From: Octopus bimaculoides
Taxonomy: Eukaryota
Assembly: GCF_001194135.2 (NCBI RefSeq)
Contig: NC_068983.1
Location: 20,423,491-20,487,490 of the forward strand
DNA: 64,000 bases
Direction: 5' to 3'
Shown: positions 24,816-35,478 of the stretch, piece by piece
Numbering within the stretch: position 1 is the first letter of the stretch
Layout of the letters: every line of letters begins with the position of its first letter
Made by a program: the position numbers and the translations under genes
Notes under the pieces: model-generated
What the model saw: the letters and a program-made list of their open reading frames with translations, nothing else
Databases searched by the model: none
Told to the model about the DNA's origin: nothing

Positions 24816-25464
24816 TTTCTTATTAATATTTTTTTCTTTTTTATTGTTAGTTTTTGTATTTAAAGTTGTTTGTAATGACTATGCCGAGGTGACATTAATC
24901 ACAATCCCGCTATAAGTATTGACTTTGTTATCATTAGATTTACAACTAGTAGCGGATTCTTGATGTTTCGAGGATTTTAAGTGAAGCTTTTGACCTTCCA
25001 GTTGAAGTAAGTACTCTAAAGATCCGAGCTGTCAATCGGCATTAAAACGTGCATCATCGGCCAAAGTGTGAACCTGTCAGAGTTGGCAGATACGCACGGA
25101 AAACGTCAATGGCTTTCTCACAATTTGCAGTGCTTTAATTCTCACTTGACGTGAAACAACGTTACATCTGCAAACGATGAGAAGGTTATTACATGGTCGC
25201 AATATCTGTTACAAATAGAAGCCAATCTTCCTTCAATCCCACACAACTTCCTTCTATAATACGTAGAACATATAATCGTGGATATCCCCAAAAGACATGA
25301 TGGTCGCGGTGGAAGCGTTCTTGAACATTGGTATGGTAGATCATGTATGGCCTATGGCTAAACAGCAGTAAAATTTTTGTTGTATCAAGATTAGTGACAG
25401 CCATACTTATTTTATTAGTATCTATGAAATGAAGTCTTAAACATATACTATAGTATACAAGGAT

Positions 25465-25720
25465 GTTAATGCGCTGATCTAGTGGTGAGGATTTTCTATT
25501 CACGTTCGCAAGATCATAGTTTCGATTCTCGGACTAGGTGATGCATTGTGTCCTTGAGCAAAACACGTCATTTCCTACCAGCTGTAAATGATTAACTCTT
25601 TAACGGACTTGCACTCCGTTCTGGGAAAATGAACTGATCTCGGTTATTTATGCGCCATGAACACCAGTTAATCTTATGAGTCCTAAGACTCATAAGATTA
25701 TGAGTCCTTAAGACTCGAGA
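25465..25720 (+). mobile_element. SINE family C, degraded, with a rearranged tail
   Basis: TCTAGTGG A-box remnant, GTTTCGATTCTC B-box, TTGTGTCCTTGAGCAAAACAC core. Confidence 0.7.
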
Positions 25721-25981
25721 CATATATATATATATANNNNNNNNNNNNNNNNNNNNNNNNNNNNNNNNNNNNNNNNNNNNNNNNNNNNNNNNNNNNNNNN
25801 NNNNNNNNNNNNNNNNNNNNNNNNNNNNNNNNNNNNNNNNNNNNNNNNNNNNNNNNNNNNNNNNNNNNNNNNNNNNNNNNNNNNNNNNNNNNNNNNNNNN
25901 NNNNNNNNNNNNNNNNNNNNNNNNNNNNNNNNNNNNNNNNNNNNNNNNNNNNNNNNNNNNNNNNNNNNNNNNNNNNNNNNN

Positions 25982-26026
<45 letters not shown>

Positions 26027-26604
26027 TCCGAATTTGTGTAAATGCGAATAGAATAATATATCAATTGAATAAATTTAAAACATGGTCTGTTTTCCATGTT
26101 TTTAATTAGGGTATTTTGAAAAAAATATTTTGTTTACAATGTTGAAGTGTATATATAAGAGAATATAAGGGCTATTTAGTCTCTCGCTGTCATTCCTTGA
26201 TTGAATACATAAATATTTTTTCGTGGAGTGAAAATATTGCGTTTGTGTATAAAATAAATCTTCAGCGGTCTCATTAATAAATGTTCCAGTAATTCAGCTG
26301 AACTGTAATGTTGAGTATACCACAAACTGCTGTACCTTTAACGTAGGCAGATTGACTGATGGTGGGGATCAAAAGACTGTTTGAATAACTGGTAGGCTAA
26401 ACCCGAAAGCTTTCCGAACCAAACGCTTACTCAATTTCAATCGTAAAGTTTGAAACAACCCCAAGCTTATAGTAGAAGATCCTTACATAAGGTGCTGTGT
26501 ATTGAACAAGGAACCTCAATATTGTTTAACATTCTTCTTGGAAAGAGTATGAAGTCGTACTTAATACTGTATTACAGTCCAAGAATCATTGATTAATCAT
26601 AATT

Positions 26605-27037
26605 AGCTCAAATTTCGGCACTAATTCAGCAGATTTGAAGGGAAAGTGTTAGTCATCTACATCGCCTTTAGTAGTTTATCAGCTTGCGAACTCGGGCAGG
26701 ATTTGAGTTCAGAATGTAAAAACTGTGAATGAATGCCGCAAGATATTTTGTTCTACGTGTTAATGCTTCTTATTTCTTTATTTCCCACAAGGGCTAAACA
26801 TAGAGGGGACAAACAAGGAGAGACAAAGGGATTAAGTCGATTGCATCGACCCCAGTGCGTAACTGATACTTAATTTATCGAACCCGAAAGGATGAAAGAC
26901 AAAGTCGACCTCGGCGGAATTTGAACTCAGGACGTAACGGCAGACGAAATGCCGCTAAGCATTTCGCCCGGCGTGCTAACGTTTCTGCCGGCTCACCGCC
27001 TTCCACGTTTTAATGTTTCTACCAACTCACCACGCCT
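26605..27037 (-). mobile_element. Older SINE family D copy interrupted by a younger family D copy
   Basis: Degraded body at 26605-26770; the head continues at 27005-27037 (ACCAACTCACCACGCC). Confidence 0.6.
26771..27004 (-). mobile_element. Young full-length SINE family D with tail type TTTGTCCCCTCTATGTTTAGCCC
   Basis: Highly conserved head and body; flanked by a 16-bp imperfect duplication ACGT(G/T)TTAATG(C/T)TTCT at 26755-26770 and 27005-27020. Confidence 0.9.
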
Positions 27038-27919
27038 TGAAATTACATTCATGAAGCTTCAAGCTTGTATGGGGTACTGACTCCATGTGCAAGGCAAGCG
27101 CTTCTGTGCAAAGCACGCATTAATCATCTTGACAAATGACCTATGTTCGCAATTATTATCATAATGTAGTTTGATTTAAAGAAAAAAAAAATGAAACACT
27201 GCAACAGCATTCGTAAAGACTAAGTTTGAACATTTTCATCGGGATCTTGACTGCGAGGCTTAAATATTTGCTTTAATAATCACCGTATCAACCCACTGAA
27301 AATCAGAGATAAGGAGGTGATCAATTTCCTATTCTAAATTGTGTCTTAATTATCTTATGCCTTCAGTGTCTTTAAGCACCTTCCCTAATTTAAAAACTCG
27401 CGATTAGAACAGTTGTATGTCTGTAATACCTCCTGTTGATGTAGATTTAAAATAGATAACGATAATAATGTATTTAAGGATTATGCTATAGTTGTTTCAC
27501 GTATTCGAGAGAGGTTACAACAGTTTTTTTCCATTTTCTTTCAGTTTCTCTCTGTAGACACACGCTCTCTCGCTCACAAATACACACCTACATACGCGCG
27601 CTTTATATTCATGTATTTATTATCAGAGATCAAATTATAAATATACAACATAGTATTATCAGTATGGCAAGCAAAATAGAAATATATAGATGTGTGTATC
27701 AACAATAATAAATGGACAAACATATAACCAAACAAAGAAATGTGAGAAGTAGTCTAACTAAAACATCTGCAGAAATTGGCTTACCTTGAAATCAACGGTT
27801 TTGCATAAATAAAAATTCCCCGAATCACATGATTATCGTACAAATTCGCAAACGCTTGGTTTTGTAAGTGCTAATCAGAAAAAAAAAACTAGCAACAGTA
27901 ATCTTACCTTTCACAAGCT

Positions 27920-28263
27920 TCAGGTTTAGGAGCGCGGCCATGCTGGGGCACCACTTTGAAGGATTTAGTCAAACAAATTGTCCCCATTACTTATACTGTC
28001 TCATTTTGCCTGGCTGGGGAGCGAAACAAACCCTTGGCAATTGTCAAGCTGTGGGAGAGGACAAACACAAGCACGAACACACACATAGAGATTTATTCAT
28101 ACACGACGGGTTTCTTTCAGTTTCCGTCGGCCACATCCACTCACAAAGCTTTAACCGGCCCGAGGATATAGGAGAAATCACTAGCCCAAGGAGCTGAACC
28201 ATAGTGAGACTGAAATAGGTCACATAGTTGGGAAGCAAGCTTTTTATGATGCAATTTCACCTG
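27920..28263 (-). mobile_element. SINE family B, degraded
   Basis: GGCCATGCTGGGGCACC...CGACGGGTTTCTTTCAGTTTCCGTC...CACAAAGCTTT...TTGGGAAGCAAGC. Confidence 0.8.
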
Positions 28264-28470
28264 TAAAAATATTAGGTAAAGAATATATTGTAGAATCTCT
28301 TGAAGTGATTCTATCAATAGCAACGAAATTTCCAGCAAATCACACAGTACCTGCTAAAAATAGCAGCTCAATCTCTAATTTTTGCGGCACAGTTGTAAAT
28401 AGATTATCAAATGGCAAATATTAGCACCTACCCGACAAAAAATACTACTTTAAAAAATCTTCTTTATAGC

Positions 28471-28788
28471 TTACGTACTTCAGTTATTGGACAACGGCCA
28501 CGCTGGGTACCGCCTTGAGAAGTTTAATCGAACAAATCGACTCCAACAATTATTTTTTTCAAATATACTTCGTATTCTATTCGTCTGTTATCGAACAGCT
28601 ATGTCATGGAAGAGTTAGTAAACCAACACTGGTTGTCAAGCGATAATGGTGGAAAAACACAACACAATACAGACATAAAGACACACACTCGCGCAGAGAA
28701 ACACACATGCACAAATGTACACACACACACATACAGACATACAGACGCAGAGACACATATACACAGGCAGAGAGACACACATACACAA

Positions 28789-28861
<73 letters not shown>

Positions 28862-29011
28862 TTCTTTCAGTTTCCGTCTACCAAATCTGCTTACAAGGCT
28901 TTGGTCTGTTTATAGTAAAAATACATGCCCAAGGTATTGTAGAGTGGCACTGGACCCAAAACAACACGGGTGGGAAGCAAGTTTCTTAACCACACAGCCA
29001 CGCCTGCGTCT
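28471..29011 (-). mobile_element. SINE family B, full length, with an expanded central (CA)n-rich tract of about 200 bp
   Basis: Head ends CCACACAGCCACGCCTGCGTCT; body TTCTTTCAGTTTCCGTCTACCAAATC; tail GGTTGTCAAGCGA...GAACAAATCGAC. Confidence 0.88.
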
Positions 29012-30664
29012 ATTAGTGAAAAAGATAATTGAAATTTATTAGACCTGCTAAATGTATATTCTCATTTTTGTAATCTTCACAGCAGCTCTTCGTGTGAAAA
29101 GACTACTGTGTATATATGAAAGACTTTGCGTTAGATAATTTAGTCCTAAACACCACGAAATAGATGGGGGAGTAACGGCTGGAATCCTTTTGATCATCGG
29201 TCAGCTAAAATCAAAGTTGACATGAGGCCAAGCTGAAATAACAAAATCTTTATTTTTCTTTATATTTTTTCAAGAAGTCAAAACGTATGAGACAGCTCAT
29301 GAAACACAGCCAGACAAGTCACGGTTCGTTATCTAGTTGAACCCACATATCGCCTTATGAAGTTTAAGAAAATACATCGTGTTGATAAGTACACGACATT
29401 CGCTGTTGAGGAATATTGAAATTAAAATTAATGAGGACGTTAGTGATGAATTTTCCATTGATTTGTCTTAAGGTCATCGAGAAATATCAAAATGAAACAT
29501 AAAATTGTCAGTTTTGAGACAACACGCAGACCCCCGTTCACGTACTGGCTCACCTCCACATAATTACACTTAGACACAAATTCACACAAATATGTGGAGC
29601 TTCCCTCACACATACATTTTGATATGTACCTACTTATATATTTTCACTAAATACGCATTAGCTGTGTTTATTTGCCTCCTGCTCTATATGCTGACACATA
29701 CGAAATATGTGTGTACACGAGTATACACATGAAAGTTCCATGATGGATGGGAGGCATATGTCAACGTGGGTGTTAATATCTCTGGAAAACTGTTTAAAGA
29801 GGCACCTATCGCTGTCACAACTGTGCACAAGAATTTAGAGTCTCTAGTTGGATTGAAAAGTCATATAACTGCTTCTCATGTTTAAAACGAACCAACGAAA
29901 TATCGTGTTGCAGCCACCATACACACGCATGCGCATACATACATGTACAATACTGGTTGTTCCCTCGTGGTCAAGGAAGACCATCATTGACCACTAACAA
30001 CGCTGTGCACTTATCCAAAATTACGCTTTACACTTGTGGCTGTGCCGGTGACTAACGAGCCCAGTTTGTGATTTAACGTACTCGTTCGCAGAGACTTCTG
30101 ACGAAACTTTCCTTATTTACTTAACTGGCTGTACGCTTCGAGTTGCTCGCTTAGAGAAACGAGACATGCAACATAAAGAGTATACCCCTTCGTCAGTTGT
30201 CCGTGTTTCATCTACTCTGCGTTTCGAAGGCAAGGACAATATGCGACTTCGTTGAAACAGTCCTTCCCGCAAAGCAAATTAATTAAAATTTGGGATTTTT
30301 TTGAAGAGGGTGAAAGTGTTAACAAGAACAGGACAGTGAGAACAAGACAGTAAAAACAAACGGTGAGGGCTGTTGAGCCAAGACGATATACATACACACA
30401 CATACACATATATGTATACGTGTGTGTGTATATATTTATGTATGCATATAAGATTATATATGTGTGAATGAGTGCATACACGCGCATTTGTAATTACTTC
30501 CGGTTGTATCGCACGTATAATGACTTGTCTTTATTTACATTTAGAAATTTATGAGCGCGTGTATTTACGTGTGTGTAATCGTTTATACGTGAACATACGT
30601 AGTCGATATGAGTGTATGTGCGTATGTGTGCCTGTATGTGTGTGTGTGTGCGTGCGTGACAGTG

Positions 30665-30722
<58 letters not shown>
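30665..30722. repeat. (TATC)n microsatellite
   Basis: Directly visible. Confidence 0.95.
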
Positions 30723-30738
30723 AGTGGCTATGTATGTA

Positions 30739-30769
<31 letters not shown>

Positions 30770-30779
30770 NNNNNNNNNN

Positions 30780-30812
30780 ACCGGTTTCCGTCATTGAGAC
30801 ATTTTCAACTGT
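30780..30812 (-). ncRNA. Hammerhead-like motif with U3-A8 core, cut by an assembly gap
   Basis: Minus strand ACAG-TTGAAAA-TGTC-tcaat-GACG-GAAA-CCGGT: core UUGAAAA, 4-bp stem II, palindromic stem III ACCGGU. H17 and the 3' strand of stem I fall in the N gap. Confidence 0.45.
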
Positions 30813-31161
30813 AAATATGGAAAACAATTAAATTTTGGAAAAATTAAAAGAGAAAATTTTTTAAAAAGAATGTGTATAGGCTGAAACACATAAATAAATA
30901 AATAAATAGTATTCAAATACAAGGGCCATTTTCCTTGTGTCTGCTTGTCTCTGTCTCTCTTGTTTTCTCTTAATATATATATATATATATTTAAACTCTG
31001 GACGTGTGAGTGTTCAGCGAGAAGACAGAGCGAAAAAAGAAAAACTTAACCAAATAGACAATCAACAGCACACATTACTATTACTACTATTCACCAGTGT
31101 TTACAATTCATTCTTTCACCTTGTGACTCCTCGTGTGAGCTTCTAGGCCACGAAAAGCAAT

Positions 31162-31227
31162 ATGACTTACTAAACCAGCACGTGATGTAGCTGAGAAACT
31201 ACATCACGTGCTGGTTCAATAAGTCAT
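31162..31227. other. Near-perfect 29-bp inverted repeat with an 8-nt loop
   Basis: ATGACTTACTAAACCAGCACGTGATGTAG / CTGAGAAA / CTACATCACGTGCTGGTTCAATAAGTCAT. Two mismatches (A-C on the plus strand, G-U on the minus strand); the inner 18 bp are perfect. Confidence 0.95.
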
Positions 31228-31638
31228 GCTCATATCTATACTACAATGTGGACAATTGCGGTTTGCGGGAAGAGTGTTGTTCTGTTGGTTTCTTTCGCTA
31301 TTTTCCTGTTACTGCTCATGATGAAGTTCCTTTTGAGTTTCAAAATGGCGAAACTGGAAAACGCACGGTTTCCCAAAAGATATTGATATGTATTTATGTA
31401 TATGTATATTTGTGCGTGTATCTATCTACCTCCCAACCTGTCTATCTCTCTGTGTGTCTGTCTGCCTCAGTGTCAATCTGTCTGTCTGTGTGTGACAGTT
31501 TGGCTGTAGAAGTAGATTCAGGCTCCAGAATTATACGACGCAGGGATGATCTAAATAAAATCTTGCACTCGTGTTCTTTTTTTTTTTTACAGAGAGCTTA
31601 TCCCAGTCATTAATCAACAACAGACTCACGCAGGCGTA

Positions 31639-31672
<34 letters not shown>

Positions 31673-32513
31673 NNNNNNNNNNNNNNNNNNNNNNNNNNNN
31701 NNNNNNNNNNNNNNNNNNNNNNNNNNNNNNNNNNNNNNNNNNNNNNNNNNNNNNNNNNNNNNNNNNNNNNNNNNNNNNNNNNNNNNNNNNNNNNNNNNNN
31801 NNNNNNNNNNNNNNNNNNNNNNNNNNNNNNNNNNNNNNNNNNNNNNNNNNNNNNNNNNNNNNNNNNNNNNNNNNNNNNNNNNNNNNNNNNNNNNNNNNNN
31901 NNNNNNNNNNNNNNNNNNNNNNNNNNNNNNNNNNNNNNNNNNNNNNNNNNNNNNNNNNNNNNNNNNNNNNNNNNNNNNNNNNNNNNNNNNNNNNNNNNNN
32001 NNNNNNNNNNNNNNNNNNNNNNNNNNNNNNNNNNNNNNNNNNNNNNNNNNNNNNNNNNNNNNNNNNNNNNNNNNNNNNNNNNNNNNNNNNNNNNNNNNNN
32101 NNNNNNNNNNNNNNNNNNNNNNNNNNNNNNNNNNNNNNNNNNNNNNNNNNNNNNNNNNNNNNNNNNNNNNNNNNNNNNNNNNNNNNNNNNNNNNNNNNNN
32201 NNNNNNNNNNNNNNNNNNNNNNNNNNNNNNNNNNNNNNNNNNNNNNNNNNNNNNNNNNNNNNNNNNNNNNNNNNNNNNNNNNNNNNNNNNNNNNNNNNNN
32301 NNNNNNNNNNNNNNNNNNNNNNNNNNNNNNNNNNNNNNNNNNNNNNNNNNNNNNNNNNNNNNNNNNNNNNNNNNNNNNNNNNNNNNNNNNNNNNNNNNNN
32401 NNNNNNNNNNNNNNNNNNNNNNNNNNNNNNNNNNNNNNNNNNNNNNNNNNNNNNNNNNNNNNNNNNNNNNNNNNNNNNNNNNNNNNNNNNNNNNNNNNNN
32501 NNNNNNNNNNNNN

Positions 32514-32559
<46 letters not shown>

Positions 32560-32644
32560 TATGCCTGCCTGTTACTTCTTTTTCCGTCTATCTATCTATC
32601 TATCTATCTATCTACCTGTCTGTCTACCTGACATCTATTCCTCT

Positions 32645-32940
<296 letters not shown>

Positions 32941-34494
32941 TAGAGTGAATTTTAGGGCTTATAAGTCTAATATTTTCCTATCCTTCCTTAATNNNNNNNN
33001 NNNNNNNNNNNNNNNNNNNNNNNNNNNNNNNNNNNNNNNNNNNNNNNNNNNNNNNNNNNNNNNNNNNNNNNNNNNNNNNNNNNNNNNNNNNNATCTTTCT
33101 ATCCCGACTTCCCTCTTTGTGTCTTTGTGTGTGCGTGTGTGCTTGACAGTTAATTTTATAGCTATCAATCACCATATTTGTCTATCTGTCTTTCTGCCCG
33201 TCTAAGTATTTATCTTGCTATCTATATATTTATGTCAATGTATCTCGGAAAATTCAAACCAGCTACAGGTATTGATTAGTTAATATAAGTACTTGTAAAA
33301 AAAAAACCTTTCTAAATATATCAATATATCTACATATATTAGCTGACGCAGGCATTAAGAAGAGGCTATTAAAACCAGATCTCTGATCAGATGTGTATGT
33401 TGCTAACGTTGAGTGGAAAGCGTGCGCGTCTGAACCTGTTTGTTGTTCGTTCATGTTGTATATGCGTTGCGTGTTTGCTTGTTAGAAAGGGAGAAAGTGA
33501 GAGATAGACAGACAGACAGACATAATGAGTGAGTGAGTATGTGGATATGTAGTTGAATATAAATCTATGCATATGTTCATATTTCTGTCTGTTTATAACT
33601 ACTTACAAATGAAATATAAGAGCGTAATAATAGCCCTCTCCCTTCTCTCTCTTTCTCTGTGAGAGATAGAGAGAGAGAGAGAGAGAGAGTATTTGTGCAT
33701 ATATGTACACACACATATATATATATAAATACAATAAAGTAGTGAGATCCAATATGGTTGTGTTACAGACAGTTGTTTAATCTCAAGCCTAGACAAGGCT
33801 TCTACAGATAACACAAAGTAAATGATAATCGATGAATTAAATTTATTAATCAATGTTATCCAATACACTTTGCCTCATATCGAATTAGACATTAATTCAG
33901 GTAAGATGATCACTACCATACAACTCCAATACATAGCAAGAAATCTTGTTAATTATATAAGTTTGTGAGTGAAAGAAATGGAATAGGCAGTTGTGTACTA
34001 CACATGTTTCCATAGACTCACTGCACGTATATTATATAACTCTAAGATGCTCTCTAGATGTTCAATGATTTTTGTCTTGGTATACCTGTCTACCTGTCGC
34101 TTGTAAGTTCATTGTCATATTCATATCCATATATGAAGCTTCTTGAATTGTAAATCTAACTTGCTCGTTTCCGGTTGTTGAAAAATATTGTATGAATAAT
34201 TTCAATGTTTCGGATGTATGTCTGAAGAAGGTTCAGCTTTTACAATGTTAAATAGAGTGTCTTGTGGAAATTCTGTGTAAAAGTTTTGCTATTTATATAT
34301 ATATATTTATAAATCTCCATCGAATTGTTTCATTGTTCTGCTAATGAGCTCGATTATGTCTTCGATTTCTGTGCATAATTAAGGATTTGTGAGCTTAACA
34401 TTCGAACTTTTTTTTATAATGCACACATTTTGGTTATCTCTTCGAATTCGTTCGGTACAGCTAAATATTTAGTATGTTATTTTAACGCTGTGTC

Positions 34495-35212
34495 GGCAGA
34501 TACAGTATCAGGCAATGCCACGATGCAGTTCCAGGTTTATGCTCTGATGTAGTACCAGGCGATATCCTGATGCAGTACTTGGAGATGACCTGATGCAGTA
34601 CCAGGCGCTGGCTCTCAATGCTTCTGATCATTAACTAATTGGAAGTATTATCATTTACATTGTTTTGTCTTGGTATAAAAGATGGTTTACAGCAAATATT
34701 CTGCTCAATAGCACAGATTTGATTGTCAGTTGTTTGACTTTAACCGGTTGAGAATGTCTTTTGACGGCTGACGATATGTGCATCTCTGATCACGAGCAGA
34801 AGTATTTGGGGAGCATCATAGCCAGGTGTTGAGAGGAATTCTTTGGTGTTTGAATAATTCACCTCTGGAAACATGAGTGTTTCGTTCAACATCCTTAACA
34901 ACCGTTATTCAAGGACCATTTGAGCGGGATGGGCTAGTCGACCTGAAGAAAATTCTAACTGGCCTTCCACCTGCAAGTTAATGCGCTGTTCATCTTGATA
35001 TGAAATCATCACGTCGCACACATATCTTTATGATGTATGTGCCTGGTGTACTCTTATCAGACGGGTAGTCATGATGGGTACACTGGGCTTAGTATATTTT
35101 ACCCCAGTGTCACTTTGATGGCATGCACTGCTCTCTCACTCAATAATAATAATAATAATGATAATAATAATAATAATAATAATAATGATAATAATAATAA
35201 TAATGATAATAA
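34495..35212 (+). mobile_element. Probable 3' end of a LINE-like retroposon with an (AAT)n tail
   Basis: About 650 bp of more GC-balanced sequence ending GCACTGCTCTCTCACTC directly followed by (AAT)n. No coding motif seen; class is inferred. Confidence 0.45.
34499..34610 (+). repeat. Five-unit minisatellite, period about 23 bp
   Basis: GAT(G/A)(C/T)AGT core at 34499, 34522, 34546, 34569 and 34592; consensus close to CCTGATGCAGTACCAGGC. Confidence 0.85.
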
Positions 35213-35405
35213 TCCTTTTTACTAAAGGCACACCATCTGAAATTTTAGGTGGCGGTGGTATGTCGACTACATCAACTTCAATGTTCAAGTGGTATTTATC
35301 TTACCAACCCTGAAAGGATGAAAGTCAAAGGATGAAAGGCAAAAAAAAAAAAGACGGACGAAATTCCACTAAGCATTTTGCCTGACATGGCCAGCTCGCT
35401 GCCTT
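35211..35405 (-). mobile_element. SINE family D between two (AAT)n tracts
   Basis: GAAAGGATGAAAGGC...GACGGACGAAAT...CTAAGCATTTTGCC...GCCAGCTCGCTGCCTT. Confidence 0.8.
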
Positions 35406-35432
35406 AATAATAATAGTAATAAAATAATAATG

Positions 35433-35478
<46 letters not shown>

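Noticed and set aside
27786-27871. Minus-strand exon candidate with a strong AAG|GTAAGC donor and one open frame
   Set aside because: No recognisable protein and no partner exons. Similar isolated candidates at about 36517, 42527, 44149 and 45083 were rejected for the same reason.
29960-30090. Possible RTE 5' region with a ribozyme
   Set aside because: Only a small hairpin (TGGTC/GACCA) is evident; I could not build an HDV-like or hammerhead fold.
31310-31375. ATGATGA...CGAAAC, a possible further hammerhead
   Set aside because: The core begins A-U rather than C-U, stem III is irregular and no stem I partner is present.
33950-34440. Possible decayed Penelope GIY-YIG C-terminus on the minus strand
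   Set aside because: Only vague similarity (R...QEA.Y); no GIY or YIG motif found.
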